Program-made: the position numbers and the translations under genes
Notes under the pieces: generated by a model
What the model saw: the letters and a program-made list of their open reading frames with translations, nothing else
Told to the model about the DNA's origin: nothing
Database searches by the model: none
Assembly: GCA_018262835.1 (NCBI GenBank)
Contig: JADFDP010000002.1
Location: forward strand, 34,873 to 98,872
Source: Candidatus Aminicenantes bacterium
GTDB taxonomy: Bacteria > Acidobacteriota > Aminicenantia > UBA2199
Direction: 5' to 3'
DNA: 64,000 nt
Part shown: piece after piece, positions 20,373-30,007 of the stretch
How positions within the stretch are numbered: position 1 is the stretch's first letter
Layout: each line of letters begins with the position of its first letter

Positions 20373-20974
20373 TTGGATCCTTTTTTCTCCTTTTTGCGGT
20401 CGCTGATCACCGAATCAATGATCCCGTATTTCAGGGCTTCGTCCGTGGACATGATATAGTCCCTTTCGATGTCCTGGGCGACCTTCTCGGGCTTCTGGCC
20501 GGTGTGGAAAGAGAGAATCTCGATGGTCTTTGCCTTCACTTTGCGCATCTCTTCGGCCTGGATCAGGATGTCGGTGGCCTGGCCTTCGAAACCACCCAGG
20601 GGTTGGTGGATGACGACCTTGGCATTGGGCAGAGCCATGCGCTTGCCCTTGGTGCCGCCGGCGAGCAGGATGGCGGCCATGGAAGCGGCCTGGCCGATAC
20701 AGATGGTCACCACGTCGTTCTTGATGAAGCGCATGGTGTCGTAGATGGCCATGCCGGCGCTGATGATGCCGCCGGGCGAATTGATGTAAATGGATACATC
20801 TTTCTCGGCGTCTTCGGCTTCCAGGAACAGCAACTGGGCAATGGTGACATTGGCCACGTTGTCGTCGATCGGAGAGCCGAGGAAGATGACCGAGTCCTTC
20901 AGCAGCCGGGAATAGATGTCGTAGGCCCGTTCGACGTTCCCCGCTTGTTCGATGACCATGGGAATGAGTGGCAT
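20369..20974 (-). CDS. clpP: ATP-dependent Clp protease proteolytic subunit ClpP
   Basis: 201 aa. Catalytic Ser context GQAASMAA, plus His and Asp residues at the conserved positions. Confidence 0.95.
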   Translation of the reverse strand: MPLIPMVIEQAGNVERAYDIYSRLLKDSVIFLGSPIDDNVANVTIAQLLFLEAEDAEKDVSIYINSPGGIISAGMAIYDTMRFIKNDVVTICIGQAASMAAILLAGGTKGKRMALPNAKVVIHQPLGGFEGQATDILIQAEEMRKVKAKTIEILSFHTGQKPEKVAQDIERDYIMSTDEALKYGIIDSVISDRKKEKKGSK

Positions 20975-20975
20975 G

Positions 20976-22382
20976 TTATACCTCTTTGATCTTGATTTTT
21001 TCCCTGATGAATTTGTTTATCTTGACATGGATCAGGTGGTCTTTCAACTCCGCCGCCTTTTTTTCTTCGCTGTAATATTTCCTGATATCCTTTTCCGGCA
21101 GCGAATGGTGCTGGGCCAGGTGGGCGTACTCCTTTTCCAGGTCGCGGTCGCTGACCTCGATCTGATGCTGCTCGCGCACCCGCTCCAGTATCAGCGACAA
21201 GCGGACTGACTTTTCCGCCTGGGCGAACATCATTTCCTTGAACTTGGCTTTTTCTTCCTCGTCCTTGAGATTCAGCGGGCGGCGGTTCTGGGAAAGCCGG
21301 CGTGCCACTTCCTGTTCCAGCAGTGAGCGGGGGACTGGAAATTGGCTTGCTTCCAGCAGTTTTTCATAGATACCGTCCATGATTTTTTCGTCTTTTTGGT
21401 GCTCCTGGTGGTGTTGGAATTCCTCTTTCAGCTTGAGTTTGAAATCCTCAATGTTTTTCATGCCCAGGGATTTGAGAAAAATTTCATCCAGTTCCGGTTT
21501 TTTCATTTCATGGATGGTTTTGATCTCCACCTGGTGCTCTATCTTCTTGCCCGCCCAGGCCTTTTTCGGCGCATCGGCCGGGTAGGACCTCAGGATGGTA
21601 AAATTTTCTTCGTTTTTTTTCCCCAGCAGTTCTTCGTACAGCCCGGCGATTTCCGCTATGTTTTCCTTGTTCATCATGAAATAGGTTTCCTGGCGCGGCC
21701 ATTTTCTCTTACCCGCCGTATCCGCGGACTGCACCATCAGCAGGACCAAGTCGTTTTCGGCAATGGCGCGGTCTTTGACCGGCAATGATCTTTTGTTGGC
21801 TTCCAGGATCTGATCGATTTGTTTGCTCTCGTCGAAGGCTCCCCCTTTCAAGTCGGCGGCCGGAATTTTAACTTGCAGGGTTTCCAATTCTGGGAGCTGG
21901 ATTTCCGGGAGTGTTTCGACTGCGATGTCGGCTTGAAAATCCTCTCCTTCCGGATGATCCATTTTTTCCACGTACGGCTCGCTGGCCACGGCGATCTTGT
22001 CCTTTTCGATCTGGGCAAAGGCCAGTTTGCTGATGGCCTGTTGAAGGACTTCTTCTTTTAGGGCCTGTTGGTATACTTTTTTAACCACATCCACGGGGAC
22101 TTTTCCCTGGCGGAAGCCTGGCATTTTTACTTTCTGGCTGTACTGCACGGCCAGAGCGTCGATCTCGCGGGCGATGTCATCCTTGTTCATTGAGATTTTA
22201 AAACGCCGGATCAGGACATTTTCTTCCTTGTCCTTGGCGGCAGGCTGCGAATCCCCCGTATTATCGGCTTCAGAAACGGGCTTTGTTTCGGCATCCGCTT
22301 TTTCGTGATTCATGGTGGTGGCTCCTGAAGGTGAAAGTGTGAGGCTTAGGCAAACTTTAGCAAAAAAGCGGTCTTTTGTCAA
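20976..22382 (-). CDS. tig: Trigger factor, with a roughly 45-aa low-complexity N-terminal extension
   Basis: The ribosome-binding N-domain motif GFRQGKVP is present. A central FKBP-like region and a C-terminal helical domain follow. The gene lies directly upstream of clpP. Confidence 0.85.
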   Translation of the reverse strand: MTKDRFFAKVCLSLTLSPSGATTMNHEKADAETKPVSEADNTGDSQPAAKDKEENVLIRRFKISMNKDDIAREIDALAVQYSQKVKMPGFRQGKVPVDVVKKVYQQALKEEVLQQAISKLAFAQIEKDKIAVASEPYVEKMDHPEGEDFQADIAVETLPEIQLPELETLQVKIPAADLKGGAFDESKQIDQILEANKRSLPVKDRAIAENDLVLLMVQSADTAGKRKWPRQETYFMMNKENIAEIAGLYEELLGKKNEENFTILRSYPADAPKKAWAGKKIEHQVEIKTIHEMKKPELDEIFLKSLGMKNIEDFKLKLKEEFQHHQEHQKDEKIMDGIYEKLLEASQFPVPRSLLEQEVARRLSQNRRPLNLKDEEEKAKFKEMMFAQAEKSVRLSLILERVREQHQIEVSDRDLEKEYAHLAQHHSLPEKDIRKYYSEEKKAAELKDHLIHVKINKFIREKIKIKEV

Positions 22383-23278
22383 ATGCCCAGAAGGGCGATG
22401 TCCTGGCGGATCTGTTCCGCCAGGCCCTGGGATGAATTGAATTTTCTTTCCTCGCGGATCTTGTCGATGAAATGGAGGCGGATCTTTTTGCCGTAGACCA
22501 TTCGCTGGAAACCGGGAATATGGGTTTCGATCTTCAGGGGAACTTCTGCCGCGGCTTTGAACGTCGGAGCGAAGCCGATATTGGTGAGCGAAGCGAACTG
22601 CAGCCTTCCGATTTCGATCCGGGTATGAAAAACGCCGGTGGGGAGGATCTGGTTGTCGGTCGCGACGTTGATGGTCGGGAAACCGATTTTTTTGCCGCGC
22701 CCGGCCCCCTTTTCCACGATGCCGTCGATGGTGTAAGGTCTTTCCAGCATGCGGTTGGCCTCGCGGATGGCACCCGCAGCCAGTTTCTTTCTGATCAGGG
22801 AACTGGCCACGCGGCAGCCGTCGATTTCCATGGTTGCGGATTGAATGATCTTGAAATGCTCCGTTGCCGCTTCCCGGCGCAGGTGCGCCAGGTCGCCTTC
22901 GCGGCTGCGACCGAAACGGAAATCCTCGCCAAGGACCAGCCTCTTCATGTCCAGGGTGTCCAGAAGGATATCTCTGACAAAATCATGGGCCGGGAGAGCG
23001 GCCACGATGCCGAAATTAATAAAAAAAAGATAGTCTAGCGGCAGGCGGCTCAGGGTTTCACGGCGCTGCCGGTCGGTGCTGATCAGCTGGATGGGGTGAT
23101 TGAAATAAAGCCGGGGATGGGGATGAAAGGTGAGGATCACCGCCAGCAATTTTTCGTTCCGGGCGGTCTTTTGCAATGTTTCGACAATCCTTCTGTGGCC
23201 GGCGTGAAAGCCGTCGAAATTGCCGATGGCCACCGCGCTGGGCCCGGGGAGTTTTTCCAGGCGGCTGCGAAATTTCAT
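22379..23278 (-). CDS. ribF: Bifunctional riboflavin kinase / FMN adenylyltransferase
   Basis: The N-terminal FAD synthetase region AIGNFDGFHAGH is present. The C-terminal riboflavin kinase region has PTINV and ...HFIDKIR... motifs. Confidence 0.9.
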   Translation of the reverse strand: MKFRSRLEKLPGPSAVAIGNFDGFHAGHRRIVETLQKTARNEKLLAVILTFHPHPRLYFNHPIQLISTDRQRRETLSRLPLDYLFFINFGIVAALPAHDFVRDILLDTLDMKRLVLGEDFRFGRSREGDLAHLRREAATEHFKIIQSATMEIDGCRVASSLIRKKLAAGAIREANRMLERPYTIDGIVEKGAGRGKKIGFPTINVATDNQILPTGVFHTRIEIGRLQFASLTNIGFAPTFKAAAEVPLKIETHIPGFQRMVYGKKIRLHFIDKIREERKFNSSQGLAEQIRQDIALLGI

Positions 23279-23281
23279 TGT

Positions 23282-24262
23282 TTAGCGCGCGGGCAGAATC
23301 GACTGAAGGTTGAGGCGGTAAAACTGCGTTTTCAGCAGCATGTTTTTTTTGTGCAAAGGCCGCAGCGGCGTAAAAAATGTCAGCAGCAGCAAAAGGGCCA
23401 GCAAAACCAAGAACCATTGATTCAGGCGGCTGAGTTTTTGGGCATTTTCATGTTCCAGATCTTCGAAAACCTTTTTTTCCCGGATTTCCTGGATTTCGGT
23501 TTTTTCCTTCTTTTTCATCAACCCTTTGTTGGCGAGGTTGAAAAGGTTCTTGTAGATCTTGTACTCGGTGAACAAGCCCAGCTCGACCATGTCTTTGACC
23601 GTGTTTTTTCCGTTGATATGCTTGAGCAGGTTGACTTCGGTCTCGGTCAGATAAAGGGTGTTGCTGTCCTTGGATTGCAGGTCGTCGTCGTATTCGGAGA
23701 TGAGGGAGATCTTTTTGCTGCCGAGAAAAACAGGCTCGAATATGATATCTTCGGAAGGGATGACTTTTTTGATCAGCGGCCATTCATCGAGCATCTGCAC
23801 CCCTTCCATGATCAGGTTGTCCACGGCGATGGGGGCGAGCAGGCGCAGCTCCTTGTCGACATAATCCAGCACTTTGAAATTGTATTCGCCTTTTTTCCAG
23901 TTGAACAGTGACAATACAATCTGGGTGGCCTGGATCTTGAGCACTTCGGGAATAATCTTTTCGTCGATCAGCCCCATGCCGATGAGGATCTCTCCGACTT
24001 TCTGATTGGTCCGCTTCTGAATGGACAATGCTCTTTGCAGCATCTCTTCGCTGATGATCTCCTGCTTGACGAAGACGTTGCCGACGCGCATTTCCAGCTT
24101 CTTGGGAAAAGCATCGATGCCGATGATGAAGCCGTCTTCGAATATCAGGGTGATAAAGCCTTCCTGGCTGTTAAAGGTCAGAATGCCGGTTTTCTTTTGC
24201 AGGGAGATCAATTGCAGGATATCGGGGACTTTGAATTCTCTTAAGGTTCCTTTAAAAGCCAT
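23282..24262 (-). CDS. DUF4388 domain protein with a C-terminal TM helix
   Basis: The N-terminus GTLREFKVPDILQLISLQKKTGILTF matches the DUF4388 signature. There is a coiled-coil or charged middle region and a C-terminal hydrophobic segment. Confidence 0.6.
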   Translation of the reverse strand: MAFKGTLREFKVPDILQLISLQKKTGILTFNSQEGFITLIFEDGFIIGIDAFPKKLEMRVGNVFVKQEIISEEMLQRALSIQKRTNQKVGEILIGMGLIDEKIIPEVLKIQATQIVLSLFNWKKGEYNFKVLDYVDKELRLLAPIAVDNLIMEGVQMLDEWPLIKKVIPSEDIIFEPVFLGSKKISLISEYDDDLQSKDSNTLYLTETEVNLLKHINGKNTVKDMVELGLFTEYKIYKNLFNLANKGLMKKKEKTEIQEIREKKVFEDLEHENAQKLSRLNQWFLVLLALLLLLTFFTPLRPLHKKNMLLKTQFYRLNLQSILPAR

Positions 24263-26012
24263 GGTGATTCCCCTTCAGCGCAAAGGCATTGATGACCAGA
24301 TATAAAACAATTGCCAGGATACCGATGACATTCAGAAACATGGGAATAATGCCGAAAATGCTCTTGAAAGCCAGGGCCGTGAACAGGAAAAAACCGAAAA
24401 CATTGAAAAACAGCAGAAACAGGAAGGTGAATGTTTTGCCTTTGTCTTCGAAATTCAGGAAAAATCCGGGAATGAAAAGGGAAGCCAGCAGAACCAGGGA
24501 ATTCTTCAGGCGCAACTGCCTGCCGATCTCCTTTTCCTTGAGTATTTTGGCTTCCATGAAGATGGGGTCCTTGATCAAGAACAATTGATAGCAGCCGTCG
24601 CAGAGGGCGTGCGCCTGTTCGATGGACATTTTTTTAATGATCCTGCCGCACTTGCTGCAAAACGTGCTTTGCCCCAGGGTCGGGAAAAATTTTTTCAATA
24701 GCGCGACGTAGACCATCATGATCAGGATGGCCAGCAGCACTGGAAATTTTATGAATTCGATGACAACGAGTTCCAAAAAATTCCAGACATGAAAATTCTG
24801 CCAGGAAAATTTCAGCAGTCTGTTCCACAATATTTTTTCCGGGAGCTTGGTTTTCTGCAGGACGGTGACTTTGTCTTTGATGGCCTGGATCTGCGGATAG
24901 TTTTTGCTGTAAAAGAGGAATCGCTCCGGGTCATTGTTTTTCAGCAGGGCCATAGTGAAATTTTTCAAGGTACCCTGGTTCTGGTTGTCCAGGCTCAATG
25001 ATTGGCGGTAATATTGGATGCTCTGGAGTATGTCCCCTTTTTCATAATAAATATTGCCGAGCAGGTTGAACTTGAGCGTGGAATTGTAGTGGCTGCCCGT
25101 GGCCTGCAGGATGTCCAGGGCCTCATCCGTCTGATTCCGGTTGTAATAAGCATAGGCCTGCATGATCTTCATCTCGTTATCGAAACGGCTGTAGGTGCTT
25201 TCCGGAAAAAGCTCCCCGGCATATATCTTTTGAATGGTTTGAAAACCAGGGTTCTGCAAACTCTTTTCCAGGTATTGTCCGAGGCTGTGCAGGAAGGCCA
25301 AGACCAGGAGGATGCCCAGGATGCGCTGGATATTGCCCCGGTCGTCATGGCTGAAATAAAACCAGAGGAATCCGCAGAAAAGAAATGGAAAGAATCCCCA
25401 GCCGCCCGTCAGCGCCAGTGGCCAGAGCAAAAGCAGCAGCAGGAGGAAAAGCTTGCTGATCTTGAAACGGGAATGGCCGCTGATAATGAAGTCATGGGCG
25501 ACCAGCTTGAAGTACTTGATGAACATGACGGCTGTGACCAGGTAAAACAGGAGCAGGCCCGAAAAAAACAGGACGTTGAAGAAGCTGTTCAACAGGATGA
25601 ATGAGCTGTTGAAATCGTGCGTCAACAGACCGAACTGCCGTCCGATGTGGTTCAGGTTCCACAGGAGATTTCCCCGGCGCCGGGAGATCTTTTCCAGCTT
25701 GTTGTACATGGGCCAAGCGTCTTGGGGGGAAATGCTCAGGGTTTTCCGGTAAAACATTTCGGCCAGAGGAAAATCGCCTTTTTGATAATAACGGTCGCCC
25801 AACTCTGCCAATTTTTTCATTAATTCGATTTTTTCTGCAGGCGGCAGGGCCTGGGCGTCCAGATTGTCCAGGTTTTTTTTGACTTCGGCCAGGTTGCCGC
25901 TGGAGTCATAGAAATAGATTTTTTTCAGATCGCCCCAGGGGCTGGTCACCGCCGGGGACAAGGATGCCAGCAGAACCAGGCCGATCATGGTCACGAGTAC
26001 TTTTTTAGCCAT
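24252..26012 (-). CDS. TPR-repeat polytopic membrane protein with an embedded zinc ribbon
   Basis: 586 aa. A signal peptide or TM1 is followed by periplasmic TPR-like helices (YYQKGDFPLAEMFYRKTLSISPQD). Multiple TM helices follow, then the cytoplasmic CSKCGRII...CDGC motif, then further TM helices. The GC content looks lower than in neighbouring genes. Confidence 0.55.
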   Translation of the reverse strand: MAKKVLVTMIGLVLLASLSPAVTSPWGDLKKIYFYDSSGNLAEVKKNLDNLDAQALPPAEKIELMKKLAELGDRYYQKGDFPLAEMFYRKTLSISPQDAWPMYNKLEKISRRRGNLLWNLNHIGRQFGLLTHDFNSSFILLNSFFNVLFFSGLLLFYLVTAVMFIKYFKLVAHDFIISGHSRFKISKLFLLLLLLLWPLALTGGWGFFPFLFCGFLWFYFSHDDRGNIQRILGILLVLAFLHSLGQYLEKSLQNPGFQTIQKIYAGELFPESTYSRFDNEMKIMQAYAYYNRNQTDEALDILQATGSHYNSTLKFNLLGNIYYEKGDILQSIQYYRQSLSLDNQNQGTLKNFTMALLKNNDPERFLFYSKNYPQIQAIKDKVTVLQKTKLPEKILWNRLLKFSWQNFHVWNFLELVVIEFIKFPVLLAILIMMVYVALLKKFFPTLGQSTFCSKCGRIIKKMSIEQAHALCDGCYQLFLIKDPIFMEAKILKEKEIGRQLRLKNSLVLLASLFIPGFFLNFEDKGKTFTFLFLLFFNVFGFFLFTALAFKSIFGIIPMFLNVIGILAIVLYLVINAFALKGNHHGF

Positions 26013-26319
26013 TTTCCGCTCGCGTTTTTTTTAAAAGAATTTTTTGCATGTTTTCCAGGACATCGCTCAAAAAAGCAGCCTCGGCGGGGAGCAGGTTGCC
26101 GCTGGTTTTGCGCTGCAGTTCGGAAAGCAGATCGATGAAGAATCCGGCCCCGCTTTCATCGAGAATGGCTTGTCCATTCAAGGGATCGGGGATTTCACCC
26201 AGCCGGATCATGCCCTGGGCGGCCAGAAGAACAACAATGGCGCGGATGTCCCTTTTTTCCGGATACGTCTTACCTTTTCCCATCCCAGTAACTATACCAC
26301 AAGCATGGCGGTTCTTCAA
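26005..26319 (-). CDS. DUF1844-family small protein
   Basis: 104 aa. LLAAQGMIRLGEIPDPLNGQ...IDLLSELQRKTSGNLLPAEAAFLSDVL fits my recollection of the DUF1844 pattern. Confidence 0.5.
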   Translation of the reverse strand: MKNRHACGIVTGMGKGKTYPEKRDIRAIVVLLAAQGMIRLGEIPDPLNGQAILDESGAGFFIDLLSELQRKTSGNLLPAEAAFLSDVLENMQKILLKKTRAENG

Positions 26320-26432
26320 ACGTCAACATGCGGCCGGCAGAAAAATATTTGCCTGCCGGTTCCCGACGCTTGCACTTGGGGTGGATTCCAGCTATGATGT
26401 CATGCGCCTGGCCGTTTGCGGGCAAAAACAGT

Positions 26433-27197
26433 ATGAAAGAATTCAGCCGGCTGGTCAGGATCATGAAAAAGCTTCGCCACCCCCGGCGGGGTTGTCCCTG
26501 GGATTTAAAACAGACACCGGCGTCCCTGAAGGAATACATTCTGGAAGAAACCCACGAATTGATCGAAGCCATCGATGGCGGCGATGCGGAAGCCGTCAGG
26601 GAAGAGCTGGGCGACCTGCTGTTGCAGATCGTTTTTCTGGCCCGACTGGCCGAGGAAGACAAAAAATTCTCCATCCGTGAAGTCATCGCAGGCATATCGG
26701 AAAAACTGGTCCGCCGCCATCCCCACATCTTCGGCTCGGTGCAGGTCAACGGGGCCGATGAGGTCAAGGTCAACTGGGAAAAAATCAAAATCGCCGAAAA
26801 GAATAAACAGAGCGTCATTTCCGACTATCCCGCTTCCATGCCTTCATTGCTCCTGGCCAACCGAATCGCTTCCCAGGCCTCAGGCGTCGGCTTCGACTGG
26901 AATGATGCCGGCAGGGCATTTGCCAAGGTTGCCGAGGAAATTGAGGAATTGCGGGTGGAAATCAATGAAAACCGTCTGCATGAAGCTGAAAATGAGATCG
27001 GCGACCTGCTTTTTGCCGTGGCCAATGTGGCCCGGCTGCTGAAGATCAATCCCGAATTCGCCCTGGCGCGCACCAATAAGAAATTCACCCGCCGCTTTCG
27101 CCATATTGAGGCGGAATTGAAAAAACAAGGCAAAGACATCAGCACGGCAGCTTTGGAGGAAATGGAAGCGCTGTGGCAGTGGGCCAAAGAAGAATAA
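26433..27197 (+). CDS. mazG: Nucleoside triphosphate pyrophosphohydrolase MazG
   Basis: The N-terminus MKEFSRLVRIMKKLRHPRRGCPWDLKQT and the EETHELIEAIDGGD / EELGDLLLQIVFLARLAEE motifs are present. There are two tandem MazG EExxE domains. The start is chosen at MKEF rather than the longer ORF. Confidence 0.85.
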   Translation: MKEFSRLVRIMKKLRHPRRGCPWDLKQTPASLKEYILEETHELIEAIDGGDAEAVREELGDLLLQIVFLARLAEEDKKFSIREVIAGISEKLVRRHPHIFGSVQVNGADEVKVNWEKIKIAEKNKQSVISDYPASMPSLLLANRIASQASGVGFDWNDAGRAFAKVAEEIEELRVEINENRLHEAENEIGDLLFAVANVARLLKINPEFALARTNKKFTRRFRHIEAELKKQGKDISTAALEEMEALWQWAKEE

Positions 27198-27254
27198 GCA
27201 CCAAAATCCAAGCACCAAATCCCAAACAAGCTCCAAATACCAATGACCCAATGA
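27198..27254. repeat. Partial second copy of the intergenic repeat, left arm only
   Basis: aagcaccaaaatccaagcaccaaatcccaaacaagctccaaataccaatgacccaatgag matches 14763-14830 at about 85% identity with the same internal ccaaat periodicity. It sits immediately after the mazG stop. Confidence 0.55.
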
Positions 27255-27324
27255 GTAAAACGAAGAAAGAGAATTCGTTGATGGGTCAATCGCCATGACA
27301 ACGAACACTCAACTCATCCCCAAT

Positions 27325-27396
27325 CCCCTTCTCTTTCCGAAGAGAAGGGGCTGAAAGAAGCAAGGGCAAGGCCCCCTCTATTCACAAGAGAGGGGG
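27325..27396. terminator. Two consecutive GC-rich hairpins between the convergent mazG and nuclease genes; possible bidirectional terminators
   Basis: ccccttctct (27325-27334) pairs perfectly with agagaagggg (27341-27350) as a 10-bp stem. ccccctct (27372-27379) pairs with agaggggg (27389-27396). Neither hairpin has a flanking T-run. Confidence 0.3.
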
Positions 27397-27431
27397 TCAG
27401 GGGGTGAGTTTGCTGGAGCCGTTTTTGAGGT

Positions 27432-27926
27432 CTATTGCTCGATCTCGCCGAAATCGTCCGATGACAGGGAATTGAACCAGCTGTCGATCTTTTCCTCGCT
27501 GCTGAGGAAATTGCTGAAAACGTCGGCCATGACCGATGTTTCCAAAACCTGTTTGGAAACGTAAATCTTGGATCCGTTTTTCAGGGCCAAGGCCACCGCG
27601 TCCGAAGGCCGGCAGTCGATGATCCTTTGCTCGCCGTCTTTTTCGATGACCAGCTCGGCATAATAGGTGTTTTCAACGATGTCGGTGATGATCACCTTGG
27701 CCAGTACGGCTTCCAGGTTGGCCATGATACTTTTCATCAGGTCGTGGGTCATGGGCCGGGGTGAGGAGACGTTTTCCAGTTCCAGGGCGATGGCATTGGC
27801 TTCGTTCAGGCCGATCCAAATGGGGATGATTTTTTTTTCGTTCAGGGCTTTAAGCACCATGACCGGGGATTTGGATACCTGGTCAATGATCAGGCCGACG
27901 ATATTCACTTCGATGAATTTTTCCAT
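27432..27926 (-). CDS. Bifunctional nuclease family protein (DUF151/BFN domain)
   Basis: 164 aa. The conserved core ...PIWIGLNEANAIALELENVSSPRPMTHDLM... is typical of DUF151 nucleases. Confidence 0.7.
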   Translation of the reverse strand: MEKFIEVNIVGLIIDQVSKSPVMVLKALNEKKIIPIWIGLNEANAIALELENVSSPRPMTHDLMKSIMANLEAVLAKVIITDIVENTYYAELVIEKDGEQRIIDCRPSDAVALALKNGSKIYVSKQVLETSVMADVFSNFLSSEEKIDSWFNSLSSDDFGEIEQ

Positions 27927-28044
27927 TTTCGCAACTTATATAATATCAAAACCCGGTTTTGTCAATTAAAGAAAAGGGAATTACGAACTATCGTGATGAG
28001 TAATGAGCTACCAGTGACGAGGAAGAGCTGAGTCCGATGCTCAT

Positions 28045-28226
28045 GGACTCGGCGTACGGCTTAGGGCGCACGGCTGACGGTAAACAGTGCTTCCAGGTGC
28101 AACGACCATGGAAAATAATGGAATAGTTTAAACGATCGATTTTTTCAGGTTTAAATACGTTCCCTGTGCAGTTATCCGTACGCCGTCTACCGTCTACCGT
28201 CTACCGTCTACCTTGCACCGAGTCCG
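28045..28226. repeat. Intergenic element bounded by inverted repeats and containing a (CCGTCTA)4-5 microsatellite (28177-28211)
   Basis: ggactcggcg at 28046-28055 is complementary to caccgagtcc at about 28216-28225. Four perfect tandem 7-mers ccgtcta are present. The left end resembles 14712-14757 (actcggYgtacggYtta...gacggta). Confidence 0.45.
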
Positions 28227-28233
28227 GCTAGTT

Positions 28234-28983
28234 CTAGTGCACGTAGCTGGCGGCGTTGATGTCGATGGTGCAGCCGGTGGCGTGGTCGGCCAGGCCGCTG
28301 GCCAGGAAGGCGACCATGGGGGCGATGTCTCCCGGTTCGGTCAGCCGGTTCAGGGCGATGTCCTTGAGCACCAGTTCCTCGCCGTGGAGGTCGATGAACT
28401 GCTGGGCCATCTTGGTGCGCGTGAAGCCTGGAGCGATGATGAAGGCCTGGATGTTGTCCTTGCCGAAAGCCCGGGCCAGGGAGCGGGTCAGGGAGACCAT
28501 GCCGCCCTTGGAAGCGGCGTAGGCCAGGTAGGCGGCAACGTCGCCGCGGAAAGCGGCGCGTGAGGCGATGTTGATAATGCGGCCGCCGCCGCGGTCCTGG
28601 AAGTGGCGCACCGCCTCTCGGCAGAGGATGCCGCAAGCGGTCAGGTTGACGGCCAGGATGCCCTGCCAGTCGGCCAGCCAGCGGTCATCGTCGAGATCGA
28701 GCGGTGAATCGACGGCGAAGCCGGCGTTGTTGACAAGGATATCCACGCGGCCGAATGCTTCCGTGACCTGGCGGAACAATTGCCGGGTCTGGGTCGGTGA
28801 GGCCAGGTCGGCCTGGAAGGCCTGCGCCAGCCCGGGGTAGTCCCGGACATCGACAATATGGGTGGAATAATGGACTGCTACCCGGGCGCCGGCCTGGGCC
28901 AATTGTCTGGCAATGGCCTGGCCAATGCCCTGGCTGGCCCCGGTGACCAGGGCATTTTTGCCCTGCAGGTCGATTTTGAACAT
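28234..28983 (-). CDS. SDR-family oxidoreductase (3-oxoacyl-ACP reductase-like)
   Basis: 249 aa. TGASQGIG Rossmann motif, NNAG motif, and the catalytic YAASK (YxxxK) motif. Confidence 0.9.
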   Translation of the reverse strand: MFKIDLQGKNALVTGASQGIGQAIARQLAQAGARVAVHYSTHIVDVRDYPGLAQAFQADLASPTQTRQLFRQVTEAFGRVDILVNNAGFAVDSPLDLDDDRWLADWQGILAVNLTACGILCREAVRHFQDRGGGRIINIASRAAFRGDVAAYLAYAASKGGMVSLTRSLARAFGKDNIQAFIIAPGFTRTKMAQQFIDLHGEELVLKDIALNRLTEPGDIAPMVAFLASGLADHATGCTIDINAASYVH

Positions 28984-29034
28984 GGTGCCTCCAGTGAATG
29001 CAAATCGATTTTTTTTCGGCCGCGCCGCAACGGC

Positions 29035-29511
29035 CTATGATCTTTTGACGATCACCGTTGCCCGGTCGTCGCCGCTGACCTTGAGTTCGGCAAAGCGCAC
29101 GCTGAAGTAGCCTTCCACCTTGAAAGGCAGGGAATAGGCCTTTTCCCTGTGCAGGATATAAAAATCGCTGCCGTTCCCCCGGGAAAGCCGCCGGCAGCCT
29201 CTGGTGTTGGCCGCGACCGGCAGTTCGATCTCTTCGACCACGGACGTCATGTCCGGCCGGCGATCCAGGTATTTTTTGAGCGCCTCGGTTTCTTCCCGGC
29301 TGAACTGCTCATTCAGGTATTCTTCAGGGAAAACGCGTTCTTTCTCGTCCAATTGAGCGTAATCCTGGATGGCGGTTTCAAAAGGCGCGAGCGGGTTTTT
29401 GCGCTCCACGGCGAACCAAATGATCTTCACTTCCTCGTATTGCCTGCCGTCGTACAGAAAATTACGGGCCAGGGAATGGACGCTGTAGAGTTCGGTCATG
29501 TTGCCCTCCAA
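29035..29511 (-). CDS. Hypothetical protein
   Basis: 158 aa with no recognisable domain. It is co-directional with the SDR gene and 52 bp upstream of it. Codon and amino-acid usage look genuine (mixed, charged residues). Confidence 0.45.
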   Translation of the reverse strand: MEGNMTELYSVHSLARNFLYDGRQYEEVKIIWFAVERKNPLAPFETAIQDYAQLDEKERVFPEEYLNEQFSREETEALKKYLDRRPDMTSVVEEIELPVAANTRGCRRLSRGNGSDFYILHREKAYSLPFKVEGYFSVRFAELKVSGDDRATVIVKRS

Positions 29512-30007
29512 AAATTCATTAAGGAAGTCGGTGTCCGGTCGACGGTGTTCGGTTCACGGCAACCGCAAATCGACTGAGTAGATCGGGCAGCGGCTACTGC
29601 CGTCGACTGCCCGCCGTCCGCCTTACACCAGGCTCTTGCGATCGGCTGCATCCGTTGCCCCTCCTGATTGGCCTGAGAGGCCCTTTCTCCTGTCATTATA
29701 TCTTTTGCAGAAAATGATTTCAACTGTCGCCTGCGATCCGGTGAAGGAAGCCTGCCTACAAGTCGCGCCTGAGGGAGCGCACGATTTCTTCGCACTCCTC
29801 GCCGCTTTCAGGCGGGGCTGCGATCTTCTTTATCTTCCCTCCCCGCAGACCGCCTAAGCGGCCCGCTTCCAGGCATATAGATTGTAAGGGAACGGGAAGC
29901 GGGAGTCAGTTCGCCTTTTGCTTGACTTTTCTTGGCCATCCCCTGGAGTCGGCGAGGAGTGGAAAAAAAGAATGCCGTCACCTCGCAGCAGCGGATCGCC
30001 CCCGGGT

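Noticed and set aside
29605-29625. Shared 12-mer ccgccgtccgcc between 14935-14953 and 29611-29622, as evidence of a further repeat copy
   Set aside because: A single 12-nt match is expected by chance many times in a 64-kb GC-rich window, and no extended alignment supports it.
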